Positions 30,201 through 39,162 of a stretch of DNA of 64,000 nucleotides are shown here, piece by piece; the stretch's first letter is position 1; each line of letters starts with the position of its first letter. A program made the translations under genes and the position numbers. The notes beneath the pieces are model-generated. The model did not search any database, was not told the DNA's origin, and saw only the letters and a program-made list of their open reading frames with translations. Source of the DNA: Candidatus Kapaibacterium sp. (GTDB lineage Bacteria; Bacteroidota; Ignavibacteria; Kapaibacteriales; UBA2268); contig OY762428.1 of the NCBI GenBank assembly GCA_963665665.1, positions 448,001-512,000 of the forward strand, written 5' to 3'.

Positions 30201-32865
30201 CGGAGTTGTTTACTTCCCGAACAAGATGGAAGACATCGTTATCAGCAATAACGTTGTTCGCGGCATCACAGGAAATGCAAATACAAATATCTGCGGAATC
30301 GCCTCCTTCACAAGGCGCTATGATGATGCCAGGGAAAACTGGGAATTCATCTCCACACCGTTTGAAGAAGACTACTTCACAAGAGGCGATATCATTGCCA
30401 ACAACACAGTAGTAATGACAGATGAAGAAGATATTGAAAATGCAGGCGCAGTTGCAGCTATCGGCATTCAGAATGCATACGGTGCAACATTCAAGAATAA
30501 CGCCATCCTCTTCGAAGACGAAAGCTTCGACGCAGGCAGCCCCATGGCAGCAGGCTTATTCTACCAGGGCCCGAAAACAGGCAGCGAAGGCGGCCTTATG
30601 AGTGACAGGAATGCCTACTTCACTGGCAATGCCACACTCTTCCGCTTTATCGAAACAGATGCAGAAGGCAACCTTCTGGAACCAGGCACAAGGAATGAAT
30701 TCCAGACACTGGGCCAGTGGCAGCTCTGGACAGGCGCAGACCTGAACTCAATAAATGCTGACTTCACATCAGACATGGACTACCAGGGTAATTATCCTTA
30801 TAAACTAAGAATAGACGACGTACCCGAACTTCCACTTGGTTCAGTCCTTAACAACAGGGGTGAAAACCTTGACGAAGTAACAGAAGATATAGACGGCAAC
30901 CCGAGAGGCGCCGCCGGCCAGCGCTGCGATATTGGCGCATTTGAATTTGCAGGCCGTATGTTCGTATCCGACGTTGAAATGCAGAATATCCCTGTTCCTG
31001 GTAACTACAAAGCAGGCGACGGCAGCTTCAACGATGCAGAATATATAATGACAGACGCACCTGTTGAAATAACAGCCAACATCAGAAATAATGGTTCACT
31101 CCAGCAGTCAGACATTAACGTTTACGTTAAAGTCTTCAGGCAGGAGCCGGACGGCACTTATGACGAAGATGCTCCTGTAGTTGACAAAACAGTAAAAACA
31201 TCTATCCCGACAACAGAAAGCCGCATGGTATCATTCGGCCTTGCAGACGGTGATAATGACGATTTTGCTCCGGCTACATACCTTGACCTTGATACATTGA
31301 ACTATACAGTGCCTTATCTCTTCACAGAGATGAAAGCCAACGTAACACCTGTATACAAGATCGAAGTAAGCGTCGAAAGCGATCAGGAAAATGATAATAA
31401 CATAATCGAAAAAGAAGTAAGGTTCTACATAAGGAAATCTCCTCTGAAACTTCTCGTTTCATCAGAGAACTCCATGCGCGACCTTTATGCAGCAAATATG
31501 TACACACCGGGACTTCCCACAGCCAACGAAATAGCAGGACGTTTGAACCGCGACAGCCTTGACCAGGCACTGCGCCGCCTTGGCTGGTACACAGACCTTG
31601 AAGAAGAACGCTTTGACGTAGACCTCTTTGACAGGACAGCATGGGAAGAAAGAGCCGTAAACTATACAATCTACCGCTCAATCTTCTGGACTGACGGCGA
31701 TGACAGCAACGGCGATGACAAAGGTATCACACGCTACCAGCGCCAGGATATCCGCGACTTCCTGAACGAAGGCGTGCCGGGCGACAAACGCAACCTCGTG
31801 GTAAGTTCACAGGAACTTGTACGCGAACTCAGCTCAGCCGGAACAGTAAACAACAGCGATCCTGAATTCGTGGAAGAGATACTCAGGGCCGAGAATGTAT
31901 ATCCTTACAATCCTCTTGGCATGAATGTCAGCAATAACGGCAACAGCGTAACAGGAGAAGCCGTGGGCCAGGGCCTTACGGAATATATCTCTGCATCAAG
32001 CTATATCGACCAGGATTACCGTGAAATGGACGGCAATGTGGTGACACTGAACGACGTACAACCCTATTGCGGACTTATGGACGTAAGCCCCAACGGCGAC
32101 GGACTTGCCAGGATAGCTTACAACTATGAAAACCACAACGCAGCACCGAATAACAGCGGTATGGGCGTAGCCACAACAACACTGGAACGCAACGTAGTAG
32201 TACTTGGTGTTGACTGGCGTCACTGGGCAAACCTCGACCGTGTACTCCGCTCTGTATTTGACTTTGTAGAAAACAACGGCGGCGAGATCGTTCCTGTAGA
32301 GCTTGCAGCATTCGATGCAACAGCAGCAGGCAAACGCGTGGATATTACATGGGCAACAGCGAGTGAATATAACTCCTCACTCTTTGAAGTTGAAAAAGCA
32401 GGCTACAGCGAGGCAGGCACAGGCTTGTTCACAGGCATCGGCGAGATGGCAGCAGCCGGCAACAGCAGCAAACATCTCGAATACGGCCCCGTAACAGACT
32501 ATGATGTAGAATATGGTAACAGCTATGTTTACAGGCTGAAGATGACAGACCTTGACGGAAAAGTTAACTACAGCGATGAAGAAGTAGTAACAATCGGCGA
32601 AAACGGTGCTATAAGCTTAGGCCAGGCATTCCCGAACCCGAGTAAGGAATCTGCTAAGTTCAAACTGAGCACAGGCAGCGACGTAAACATCAGCATAGAC
32701 CTTTATGATATGAGCGGCAAGCTTGTACGCAACGTTATGAGCGAAGCCACAAGCGGCACAAGGACAATTGAAGTGGATACCCGCAACCTTACAAGCGGCA
32801 GTTACACACTCGTTCTTCGCAGCGGCTCAACAATCATTAACAGGACTGTTCGCGTTGTTAAGTAA
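27211..32865 (+). CDS. Large T9SS-secreted surface protein: Tyr-rich GEVED domain, Ig/CARDB-like domains, parallel beta-helix, choice-of-anchor-Q-like motif, T9SS CTD
   Basis: Signal peptide; FIDWNRDGNF...FTVP...RMR...GECNDY (GEVED-like); GNEISG/NNTI beta-helix repeats; DIDGNPR...DIGAFEF; PVELAAF...WATASEYN; FPNP...GSYTL CTD. Confidence 0.92.
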   Translation: MFQKLPLRGLILSAMVGVLLMFGTQRSQAQLPDYCIPFGFATYSYCYSYYGYITWTKIQSQDGETLLDQTSGDDGCYKFWEDITFQLVPGVTYTLTVKTQGYYYARARLFIDWNRDGNFIDIPTQKEFYGYSDVYYYNNSNWTPYNNYNGGITYSFEFTVPDDASETYRMRLMNAYYVYYYYYNYPDYWYEYQYSNACLNGYWYDYMDYYGYDYNYGYGECNDYNFQVFGGVKDTYPGNDDILFANEEYDGTTRLKNGEMTEFPKPAIIFPAEPENGALVQYYIYGPAPSTNVVYEGLAEYPSNSINIDVADADYNTYTIQHSRGLYSYPETPYGDGSFKATRGGTYKVYAYQLESPKAKINTFTVSWNNDLSVSRIVSPRKNVEPDFFKYVQGQSIRVIGLYRNVGISDVTEFEGTARIWDPNGELVYEDTKTYEAPPREVLSTADAVELEFDNARFTQTGIYTIEMECDLIDTSDDDFDGDQDDYNDIVPRSDLPAYTFEISYEIQLTADMILLPHEDTEVLVNRPFVPMAQFKNSGIGDASDVPATMVVYNEDDQVVYESNIIIQDIPSGKYNTKVERFEHMTISEPGNYRVCVWLTDPNDPLREDDTVCTTFTVDAGMQGTFTVGTRFEGQTRNYTTIGDVMDDLYLKGITGPITFELTDSYYELEENSSEFGAWEFTSRIIGLGYDLETEDPNTITWKPHRDRANVKGGVHIVLNSNSGRGVTFGQSHYPQNDNAIAKRFPTKANVNAPGYIVFDGGRQKALKFTINSNSEHASGFYLGRGSSNITVKNCIIENGRDNLKTQTRIPLVTFDPSRGFGFEPDVFESSGVRTSFSAGIASRSSLLKVEESMFIALDTLPNMNNVIEGNEISGFGYGIMSLGIGALYMQNENYYQRFYNEDNTYSNNTITDCYRAGILLGFEEDSKVEGNRIYDMGGASNAAGILLGGNSRDDIDGYNNVDIMVSGNEISGIEARDFAFGISNEQVRITFQNPGGGVVYFPNKMEDIVISNNVVRGITGNANTNICGIASFTRRYDDARENWEFISTPFEEDYFTRGDIIANNTVVMTDEEDIENAGAVAAIGIQNAYGATFKNNAILFEDESFDAGSPMAAGLFYQGPKTGSEGGLMSDRNAYFTGNATLFRFIETDAEGNLLEPGTRNEFQTLGQWQLWTGADLNSINADFTSDMDYQGNYPYKLRIDDVPELPLGSVLNNRGENLDEVTEDIDGNPRGAAGQRCDIGAFEFAGRMFVSDVEMQNIPVPGNYKAGDGSFNDAEYIMTDAPVEITANIRNNGSLQQSDINVYVKVFRQEPDGTYDEDAPVVDKTVKTSIPTTESRMVSFGLADGDNDDFAPATYLDLDTLNYTVPYLFTEMKANVTPVYKIEVSVESDQENDNNIIEKEVRFYIRKSPLKLLVSSENSMRDLYAANMYTPGLPTANEIAGRLNRDSLDQALRRLGWYTDLEEERFDVDLFDRTAWEERAVNYTIYRSIFWTDGDDSNGDDKGITRYQRQDIRDFLNEGVPGDKRNLVVSSQELVRELSSAGTVNNSDPEFVEEILRAENVYPYNPLGMNVSNNGNSVTGEAVGQGLTEYISASSYIDQDYREMDGNVVTLNDVQPYCGLMDVSPNGDGLARIAYNYENHNAAPNNSGMGVATTTLERNVVVLGVDWRHWANLDRVLRSVFDFVENNGGEIVPVELAAFDATAAGKRVDITWATASEYNSSLFEVEKAGYSEAGTGLFTGIGEMAAAGNSSKHLEYGPVTDYDVEYGNSYVYRLKMTDLDGKVNYSDEEVVTIGENGAISLGQAFPNPSKESAKFKLSTGSDVNISIDLYDMSGKLVRNVMSEATSGTRTIEVDTRNLTSGSYTLVLRSGSTIINRTVRVVK

Positions 32866-32906
32866 TCAACCTTAACAGCTGAATATAATTCTTATAATAA
32901 GAAAAG

Positions 32907-32934
32907 AACCCCGGGCAAAGCCCGGGGTTTTTTT
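32907..32934 (+). terminator. Strong, likely bidirectional terminator
   Basis: AACCCCGGGC-AAA-GCCCGGGGTT followed by a T-run, between convergent genes. Confidence 0.85.
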
Positions 32935-32949
32935 ATAATATTTCTAATA

Positions 32950-33621
32950 TCAATTCTCATCAGAAAGTATATTAAAATTTAAGATATCCTTATTAAAGAA
33001 ATCAGGCATATCATTCCATTTCGGACAAAATTTGTGGGAAACATAAATACAATCCAGATCATCAAAAAAATCAGTTTTAGTTATTAGCCTTAGTGAATAT
33101 GATATACATGGCATGGTACTTTTAACCCATAAATAATATTCACTCGGATCAAGCCATTTTTTAAATATCCTGCCAGACTTAGATTCTTTTATTAAAACAT
33201 AAATCTCGGCAGAGCTGAGCTGCTCACCAAAATAAAGACATCCGGGCCTGAATGGAATATCATTGATTTTTATTGAATATGATTCGATTATAAATCTCCT
33301 GCCTTCAATATAATCTTCAGGGAAATTCTGATTTACTTTGGTTTCGATATTAAATTTCGGTGGGGAAATATTGGTATCTATGGTATATTTTTGTGTTTCA
33401 AGTTTGTAATAATTATCCCAGCAAAATGTTTTTTTGTCATCACTCAATCCTATTGATTCATTGGCTGTTACCTGTACATCGTTTGCATCAATTGGTAACA
33501 ATCCCCTTTTTACAGGTACGGGTTCTTTTATCACATCCGGATCAGTACCGTATGGATTCTGGCAAGCATTTAATAGCAATACTAACCCTATAAAAGCAAC
33601 TGTATATCTGAATTTTCTCAT
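32950..33621 (-). CDS. Hypothetical lipoprotein
   Basis: Lipobox LNAC; 1-bp gap to the upstream gene. Confidence 0.75.
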   Translation of the reverse strand: MRKFRYTVAFIGLVLLLNACQNPYGTDPDVIKEPVPVKRGLLPIDANDVQVTANESIGLSDDKKTFCWDNYYKLETQKYTIDTNISPPKFNIETKVNQNFPEDYIEGRRFIIESYSIKINDIPFRPGCLYFGEQLSSAEIYVLIKESKSGRIFKKWLDPSEYYLWVKSTMPCISYSLRLITKTDFFDDLDCIYVSHKFCPKWNDMPDFFNKDILNFNILSDEN

Positions 33622-33622
33622 T

Positions 33623-34786
33623 TTAAAGCCCCAATCTTAATCCGTAATACAAACCGTATTTACTTGACAGAAAAGTAATATTCTGCTGCTTATATACAAG
33701 AGAATTTAACTCAAATCCGAAGAACATTGAATATTCTGCCGAATGATTATATTCAATTCCGGCAGAAACCCTTCCTATTCCTCCAATCCTGTTAGCTCCG
33801 ATCCCCAGGCGGGAATAAAAGTCAAATTTGCCAATTTGCAAAAGACCTGCCTGGAAATATGCGTTATAAGACCAATAATCAGTATTTTGATAGAAATGAT
33901 AATCTCTTCCATTCAATTTCCCCTGGTAATCAAGGTAATAATTTTCTTTCCGGAATTCTATACCAATAAATTTATTTTCTTTAAGCTTGTATCTAAACCC
34001 AATAATGGTATTATCAAAAAATGAATCTTTATCATAGCTTACTAATTCTCTCTTGAAATTGTCGGCATATTGTCCGGATAGCTCGATGGATAATTTCCCA
34101 TCATCAAAAAAGCTGCTTTGATGAACAAAGTCATTATAATAGGGAGAATAATCTGTGCCGGAATTGTGTAATTCAGGTTTCTCAAATACCCTGTTTGGGT
34201 GGTATGATGAGAATTGCTTTTGCTGATACGACGAAGCAATAACCGGAATAGATTTATCGTTATCTGAATCAGATAAAACATTTTCGCTTTTCTCGTCTTC
34301 GAATGATTTAATCATACTAATCTTATTTTCATTTATCATATCTTCATCAGGAATAGCTATTGAAATTGCAGGAGGGGTAAGATTTTTTAATTCAATTGCT
34401 TGAAAATTATTAACTATTGTTCCACTTTCAACAAATTGCTGAGTATTAGTATTGTTGCCGTTGAATAATAAAAGAAGCATAAATGCAGCTGTTGCCAGAG
34501 ATGATAGCAGGCCTTGTTTATAATTTGTAATGAAACCAATGAATTTTCCGGATAATCCGGGCTTTTGATAGATTGGTATCTGAATCTCATCGAATACATT
34601 AGCGGTAACATTTTCCGGAACCAGGCCATTAAAAGACTCATGATCCGGGAGCCTGTCAATTTCAATAAACTGCTTAAAATCCCCCCTGAACTTTTTATCA
34701 TAAAAAAGTTTGGAGAAAAGCTGATCTTCATCGTCAGGATTGATCATCCCGTCAATAAAATCATTAATCATTGCTTGGTATTTCAT
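33623..34786 (-). CDS. Putative anti-sigma factor with TM helix and C-terminal outer-membrane beta-barrel-like domain
   Basis: N-terminal FIDGMI..DEDQLF anti-sigma-like segment, TM, linker and amphipathic strands ending YGLYYGLRLGL; directly downstream of the ECF sigma gene. Confidence 0.7.
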   Translation of the reverse strand: MKYQAMINDFIDGMINPDDEDQLFSKLFYDKKFRGDFKQFIEIDRLPDHESFNGLVPENVTANVFDEIQIPIYQKPGLSGKFIGFITNYKQGLLSSLATAAFMLLLLFNGNNTNTQQFVESGTIVNNFQAIELKNLTPPAISIAIPDEDMINENKISMIKSFEDEKSENVLSDSDNDKSIPVIASSYQQKQFSSYHPNRVFEKPELHNSGTDYSPYYNDFVHQSSFFDDGKLSIELSGQYADNFKRELVSYDKDSFFDNTIIGFRYKLKENKFIGIEFRKENYYLDYQGKLNGRDYHFYQNTDYWSYNAYFQAGLLQIGKFDFYSRLGIGANRIGGIGRVSAGIEYNHSAEYSMFFGFELNSLVYKQQNITFLSSKYGLYYGLRLGL

Positions 34787-34799
34787 ATCATATATCTAT

Positions 34800-35372
34800 T
34801 TATTTTTCAAACATTTCATAATATGGTTCAATAATTTTTTTCAGCCTGATTTTAGCTCTGAAAACTTTTTTTCTGGCATTAGATTCATCAATATCAAGAA
34901 TTTCTGCTATTTCCCTGTATTTCATCCTGTGAAAAATTCTAAGTATCAATAATTCCTTATCAATAGCTGACAAAAGGTCAAGAGATTTCATTAACAGCTT
35001 AAATTTCTCTTCAATTTGGTCATCATCTGAATAAATGCCGTCGTTATCAGGCAAGTCTATTTGGAAGTCATCCAAAGAAACATTGTTTATTTTAGATCTG
35101 TAATGATCATAGCATAGATTCCTCCCAATCCGGATCAGGTATCCGATAATCGATACTTTATTCTGATTTGGTTTTGCATTTTTATAAAATCTGATAAAGG
35201 TTTCCTGGAAAATATCTTCAGCGATTGTTTGATTTTTCATCATTTTACGGCAGTATGCCATTAGTCTTGAAGAATATTTATTGTAAATAAAACGAAAAGC
35301 TCTTTCCCCCTGTCTGCCTTTTTTATCAAGGAGTATTAAAAGATCATTATCGTGGAGTTCTTCAAGTTTCAT
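34800..35372 (-). CDS. ECF RNA polymerase sigma-70 factor
   Basis: AEDIFQETFIRFY (region 2) and MKYREIAEIL...VFRAKIRLK (region 4). Confidence 0.92.
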   Translation of the reverse strand: MKLEELHDNDLLILLDKKGRQGERAFRFIYNKYSSRLMAYCRKMMKNQTIAEDIFQETFIRFYKNAKPNQNKVSIIGYLIRIGRNLCYDHYRSKINNVSLDDFQIDLPDNDGIYSDDDQIEEKFKLLMKSLDLLSAIDKELLILRIFHRMKYREIAEILDIDESNARKKVFRAKIRLKKIIEPYYEMFEK

Positions 35373-35539
35373 TATAGTCAATCAAATTTGAGACTTACTA
35401 TGTAAACACTTCTAATCTTCAAATAGTTACTGTATTTTGTCAAATAGTAATTAGTTTGATCATTATTTTAATTTAATTCGAGGGCTTTTATATAAAAAAG
35501 CCCCCGCGGCGATAAAAACAGCCCTGGAAAATTATTGTT

Positions 35540-36034
35540 TTATCTAATTATAATCTTGCCCATTAAATTTTTTATTGTATCTCCGTAATAAATAAAGTAT
35601 ATACCCTTAGCCAGATCAGCTTTCTTCAATATTCCTTTGTACCTGTCATTATCATATTTAAGTTCTACAACAGCTACAGTATTTCCGAGTAAATCTATTA
35701 TCCGGCAATCAATTTTCTCATCATAATTATTGTCGTCAATTACCTCCAACTGAATTTCTTCAACCTTGAATTTATTAGCCGACCTTTCAGGATTATCAAG
35801 ATAAACGGGATCTACATTTGCATTTGAATACCATGTGTGAAATACCATTGGGATGGCTTTATTTGATACATCGTTATAAAACTGAAACAGAACTCGGTCG
35901 GCATCATAGCTTTCCATCACGACACCGCTGGAAAATGTTTCGATGATACTAAGACGGGGGCTTGCACCATAACAAGAGATGGTTATTATTGAGAGTAATA
36001 AAATTGATTTAAAAAAGTTGGAAATTTGGAACAT
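35540..36034 (-). CDS. Short secreted protein: Omp28/thioredoxin-like N-terminal fragment fused to a T9SS-like CTD (possibly internally deleted)
   Basis: Signal peptide; IIETFSS...FHTWY...DPVYLDNP; then IIDLLGNTV...LAKGIYFI...GKIIIR. Confidence 0.55.
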   Translation of the reverse strand: MFQISNFFKSILLLSIITISCYGASPRLSIIETFSSGVVMESYDADRVLFQFYNDVSNKAIPMVFHTWYSNANVDPVYLDNPERSANKFKVEEIQLEVIDDNNYDEKIDCRIIDLLGNTVAVVELKYDNDRYKGILKKADLAKGIYFIYYGDTIKNLMGKIIIR

Positions 36035-36121
36035 GATCTTACCCTTGATAGTTCAATAACCTCGTTTATAAGGTTAACGGTAAAAATCAAAAACGTTCCG
36101 GGTAAATCAAAAAAAAACAAA

Positions 36122-37417
36122 TCAATCATTTATGATATTGAAAATTTCAGTTTCTATTAATTTGCCGGTTTCAATGTCCGTAAATACAGAAATTTCATTA
36201 TTTGCCCCGTTCAGAAAAATTCTATAATCTTTGCCTGACATACCGTGGGATAATTTGTTAATTATTTTTATAAATTTGTCAGTGCTGTTGTTGATAACCG
36301 AAATCCGGCACCAGTTTTTTATTACTTTCGTATTTTCTAAATCTATATCCTTGTTGCTGCCATTAGTATTCAGAACAAAATATAAATAGTTATTCTCTTC
36401 CCATGTGAATAATATTTTATTCCTGCAAGATTCATTAATTTTTTTAATACTATCAGATAAGGATTTTCTTAAATATAATATCTCAAGCTTATCTATTCTG
36501 ATAATTATTGGTAGATCCGAACTGATGCTTTCTGATATTACTGTATTTCTACCAGATTTGTTAAAAATCGATCGAAAAGTAATAATTACATTTGAATTTT
36601 TAGCAAAGTCGATCATGTCGGGATATATTAGTTTTAATCCCTTTATTCCTGCCGACAAAGCTGTATTGTAATCTGAGGTTTGAATATTTTGTGCATCAGG
36701 GAAACGTTCCGGGTCGGCCTGCATTATTCCTTCAACATTAGTATATATATCTATACTGCTGCAGCTTAGTATATCAGCACAAAGGATTGCAGTTAAATTG
36801 GAACTTTCCATTCCCATGGTAGTAACGATATTATCTTTGGTAGACGCAACAAATCCCTGGATAATGAAACACCCTGTGTCAGGATTTGATTCAATAGCAT
36901 TTTTCAGCCTTTTACCAGTTTCATTTCTATCAGGTTTGGCTTTTCCAAAATTTTTATCTGTAATTACTATTTCTTTTGAATCAAGTTTAATATTATCAAT
37001 TTTATTTTCATTAAGGTATAGATGAAGAAACTCCAATGCAAAGCTTTCCCCGAAACTCATAACCATATCCATGGTCCTGTAGCTCAGATCCGAAGTAATT
37101 TCAATACCTTTAAGAATCTTTTTCAGGTATTCAATCTCACTACCAAAGTACTGTTTAAACTTATACTTTGATATATTATTTTTGAAAATTTGATCGGCTA
37201 AGCCTGAATGAAGTAGTTCAACTTCAGATATAATTTTATTATATCCAATGCTTCCTGATTCAGCCAGAACCGCAGCTTTTTTTAGCTGTGATGTAATTTT
37301 TCCGAATGCTGAAATAACAACAAGTACCCTTTCATTCCTGGAAATAAGTATATCACGGAAGTTAGCAAATGCTTCTTTCCTGGTAAAAACAGCGCCGCCG
37401 AACTTGATTACTTTCAC
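36122..37417 (-). CDS. Aspartokinase-family protein with degenerate motifs
   Basis: VIKFGG, VVISAFGKIT, SFGE, QGFVAST, ADP; the canonical GRGGSD is replaced by GMESSN. Confidence 0.8.
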   Translation of the reverse strand: MKVIKFGGAVFTRKEAFANFRDILISRNERVLVVISAFGKITSQLKKAAVLAESGSIGYNKIISEVELLHSGLADQIFKNNISKYKFKQYFGSEIEYLKKILKGIEITSDLSYRTMDMVMSFGESFALEFLHLYLNENKIDNIKLDSKEIVITDKNFGKAKPDRNETGKRLKNAIESNPDTGCFIIQGFVASTKDNIVTTMGMESSNLTAILCADILSCSSIDIYTNVEGIMQADPERFPDAQNIQTSDYNTALSAGIKGLKLIYPDMIDFAKNSNVIITFRSIFNKSGRNTVISESISSDLPIIIRIDKLEILYLRKSLSDSIKKINESCRNKILFTWEENNYLYFVLNTNGSNKDIDLENTKVIKNWCRISVINNSTDKFIKIINKLSHGMSGKDYRIFLNGANNEISVFTDIETGKLIETEIFNIIND

Positions 37418-37515
37418 TCAACTATCCTTTAATTACATATTATATTCTACAAAATTAAGAAAGATAGTTATCAGCAGGAAATATTTTAAATTTTTTTGCC
37501 TCGAATCCGTATTTT

Positions 37516-38685
37516 TTACAGCCTTTTAATAAACTTTCCAAGAGAATCGGCAAGCTGCACATAATCATCTATTTCATTATATACCTGAGCAGCAATTCTG
37601 TACCAGATTTTACCTTTGAAAGGTATAAACATCAATTCAGTTTTATATTCCCTTAGAAATGTTGTTCGTAGATATGCAGCTGTGGAATCCTTTGCAGAAA
37701 GGTCTATATCAATTGCCAAAGTAAGAATAGATCCTGCCATTTCTTCTGGACAATTAAACTCCGATCCCAAATGAAAATTCAGAAAAGTTCCGGCTTCCAT
37801 AATAAGATCATGATTATATTTTCTTAGTTCGGATCCACCGAGAGAATTATAAAAATCAATCGCTTCCGGCAAAGCCAGCCAGGAGGATGGGTTTCTTGTC
37901 CCAACCCAGGCGAATTCTTCTCCAAAACCTTTCTTATAATTATGAGAAATTGTCAGAGGATGTATTTTTTCCTGAAATTCATGAGCTGCATACATCAGGG
38001 CACAACCTTTTGGAGCAAAAAGCCATTTATGGCAGTTAGCAACATAAAAATCACATTGAAGCGCCGAAATATCCAAATCCAGCATTCCCGGGGCATGAGC
38101 GCCGTCAATAATTGAAATTATTCCATTTTCTTTGAAGAATGCAGTTAATTCTTCAACCGGCAGAATCAATCCTGTAGCTGAAGTCACATGATCGTAAATC
38201 GCAATTGTAACCCGTGAATCAGTTGAATTTTTAAAGCTGTTTGTAATAGCTTCAATATTTTCAATAGGAAAAGGAATTTCTACAATCCTTATTTCGGCTC
38301 CGGTTACAGAACAAATATAATCCGTAGTAATTTTTATAGCCGGATAGACATGGTCAGATATCAGAATCACATCTCCTTTATTAATTTCAGGAATCAGTGA
38401 TCGAAGAATAGTATTTATTCCTGATGTTGCATTCTCAATTAAAACCAGGTCCTTAGGGTCAGCACCACAAAATTCAGACACTTTATTTATTGCATTTTCA
38501 AGCAATCCCGGATACTCTTCCATAAAAAACCTGACAGGTTCGGTTTCCATTTGGATTTCAATTTCTCTTGATCTATCAATCACTTTTATCGGCGTAGCTC
38601 CGAAAGAACCGTTATTCAGAAAGTTTATACCGTCTTCAAGATACCATAATTTTTTAAGTGGCCTTCCAAATTCCATTTCCCGCAT
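37516..38685 (-). CDS. Aminotransferase class V PLP enzyme (isopenicillin N epimerase / C-S lyase-like)
   Basis: FLNNGSFGA, DHVTSATG, IDGAHAPG, PLP-lysine motif NCHKWLFAPKG, RIAAQVYN. Confidence 0.9.
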   Translation of the reverse strand: MREMEFGRPLKKLWYLEDGINFLNNGSFGATPIKVIDRSREIEIQMETEPVRFFMEEYPGLLENAINKVSEFCGADPKDLVLIENATSGINTILRSLIPEINKGDVILISDHVYPAIKITTDYICSVTGAEIRIVEIPFPIENIEAITNSFKNSTDSRVTIAIYDHVTSATGLILPVEELTAFFKENGIISIIDGAHAPGMLDLDISALQCDFYVANCHKWLFAPKGCALMYAAHEFQEKIHPLTISHNYKKGFGEEFAWVGTRNPSSWLALPEAIDFYNSLGGSELRKYNHDLIMEAGTFLNFHLGSEFNCPEEMAGSILTLAIDIDLSAKDSTAAYLRTTFLREYKTELMFIPFKGKIWYRIAAQVYNEIDDYVQLADSLGKFIKRL

Positions 38686-38736
38686 CCGGTTGTGAATAAA
38701 ATATCAAGATAACTAAATATTTCAAAATATTAAAGC

Positions 38737-38875
38737 AAAAAATAGAAGCCCGCCTTCCGGCGGGTCTTTCTATAGATCGGTAGGATTATCATAGAAATGA
38801 GAGTATTGATTTCATCCGAGATAAAGCTGCTGTTATGGATTAGGAATTGTAAGAATGCGATAGCCTTATCTCCTG
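38737..38875 (-). ncRNA. Candidate small structured RNA or attenuating leader
   Basis: TATATTTG promoter motif (38879-38886, minus), 5' long hairpin GAGATAAGGCT/AGCTTTATCTC, and a GGAA-loop terminator with T6. No recognised Rfam signature. Confidence 0.4.
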
Positions 38876-39162
38876 GAACAAATATAAAAATTAATATTAT
38901 ACTTTCCTAATATTATTTTTAGGTTTTATTAATTATTTAAATAATCAATAAAAAGAAGAAGTATCAATTTACATAAAAATAAAAAAATATTTTTGGCGGC
39001 AATTTATTTAACATTCTATGTAATCTTCACTTAAACCATCAAATAAAATTATATTCATATATGCCACTCGTTTTAGTTAAATAAATTAACTTGATTATTT
39101 TCAATTAAATTGCTATTATTGTCGGATTGTATATTAATATTATTTCATTTTATGGAGACAAT

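Noticed and set aside
38737-38875. Lysine or SAM riboswitch upstream of the aminotransferase/aspartokinase-like genes
   Set aside because: Consensus core motifs were not recognised; retained only as an unclassified RNA candidate.
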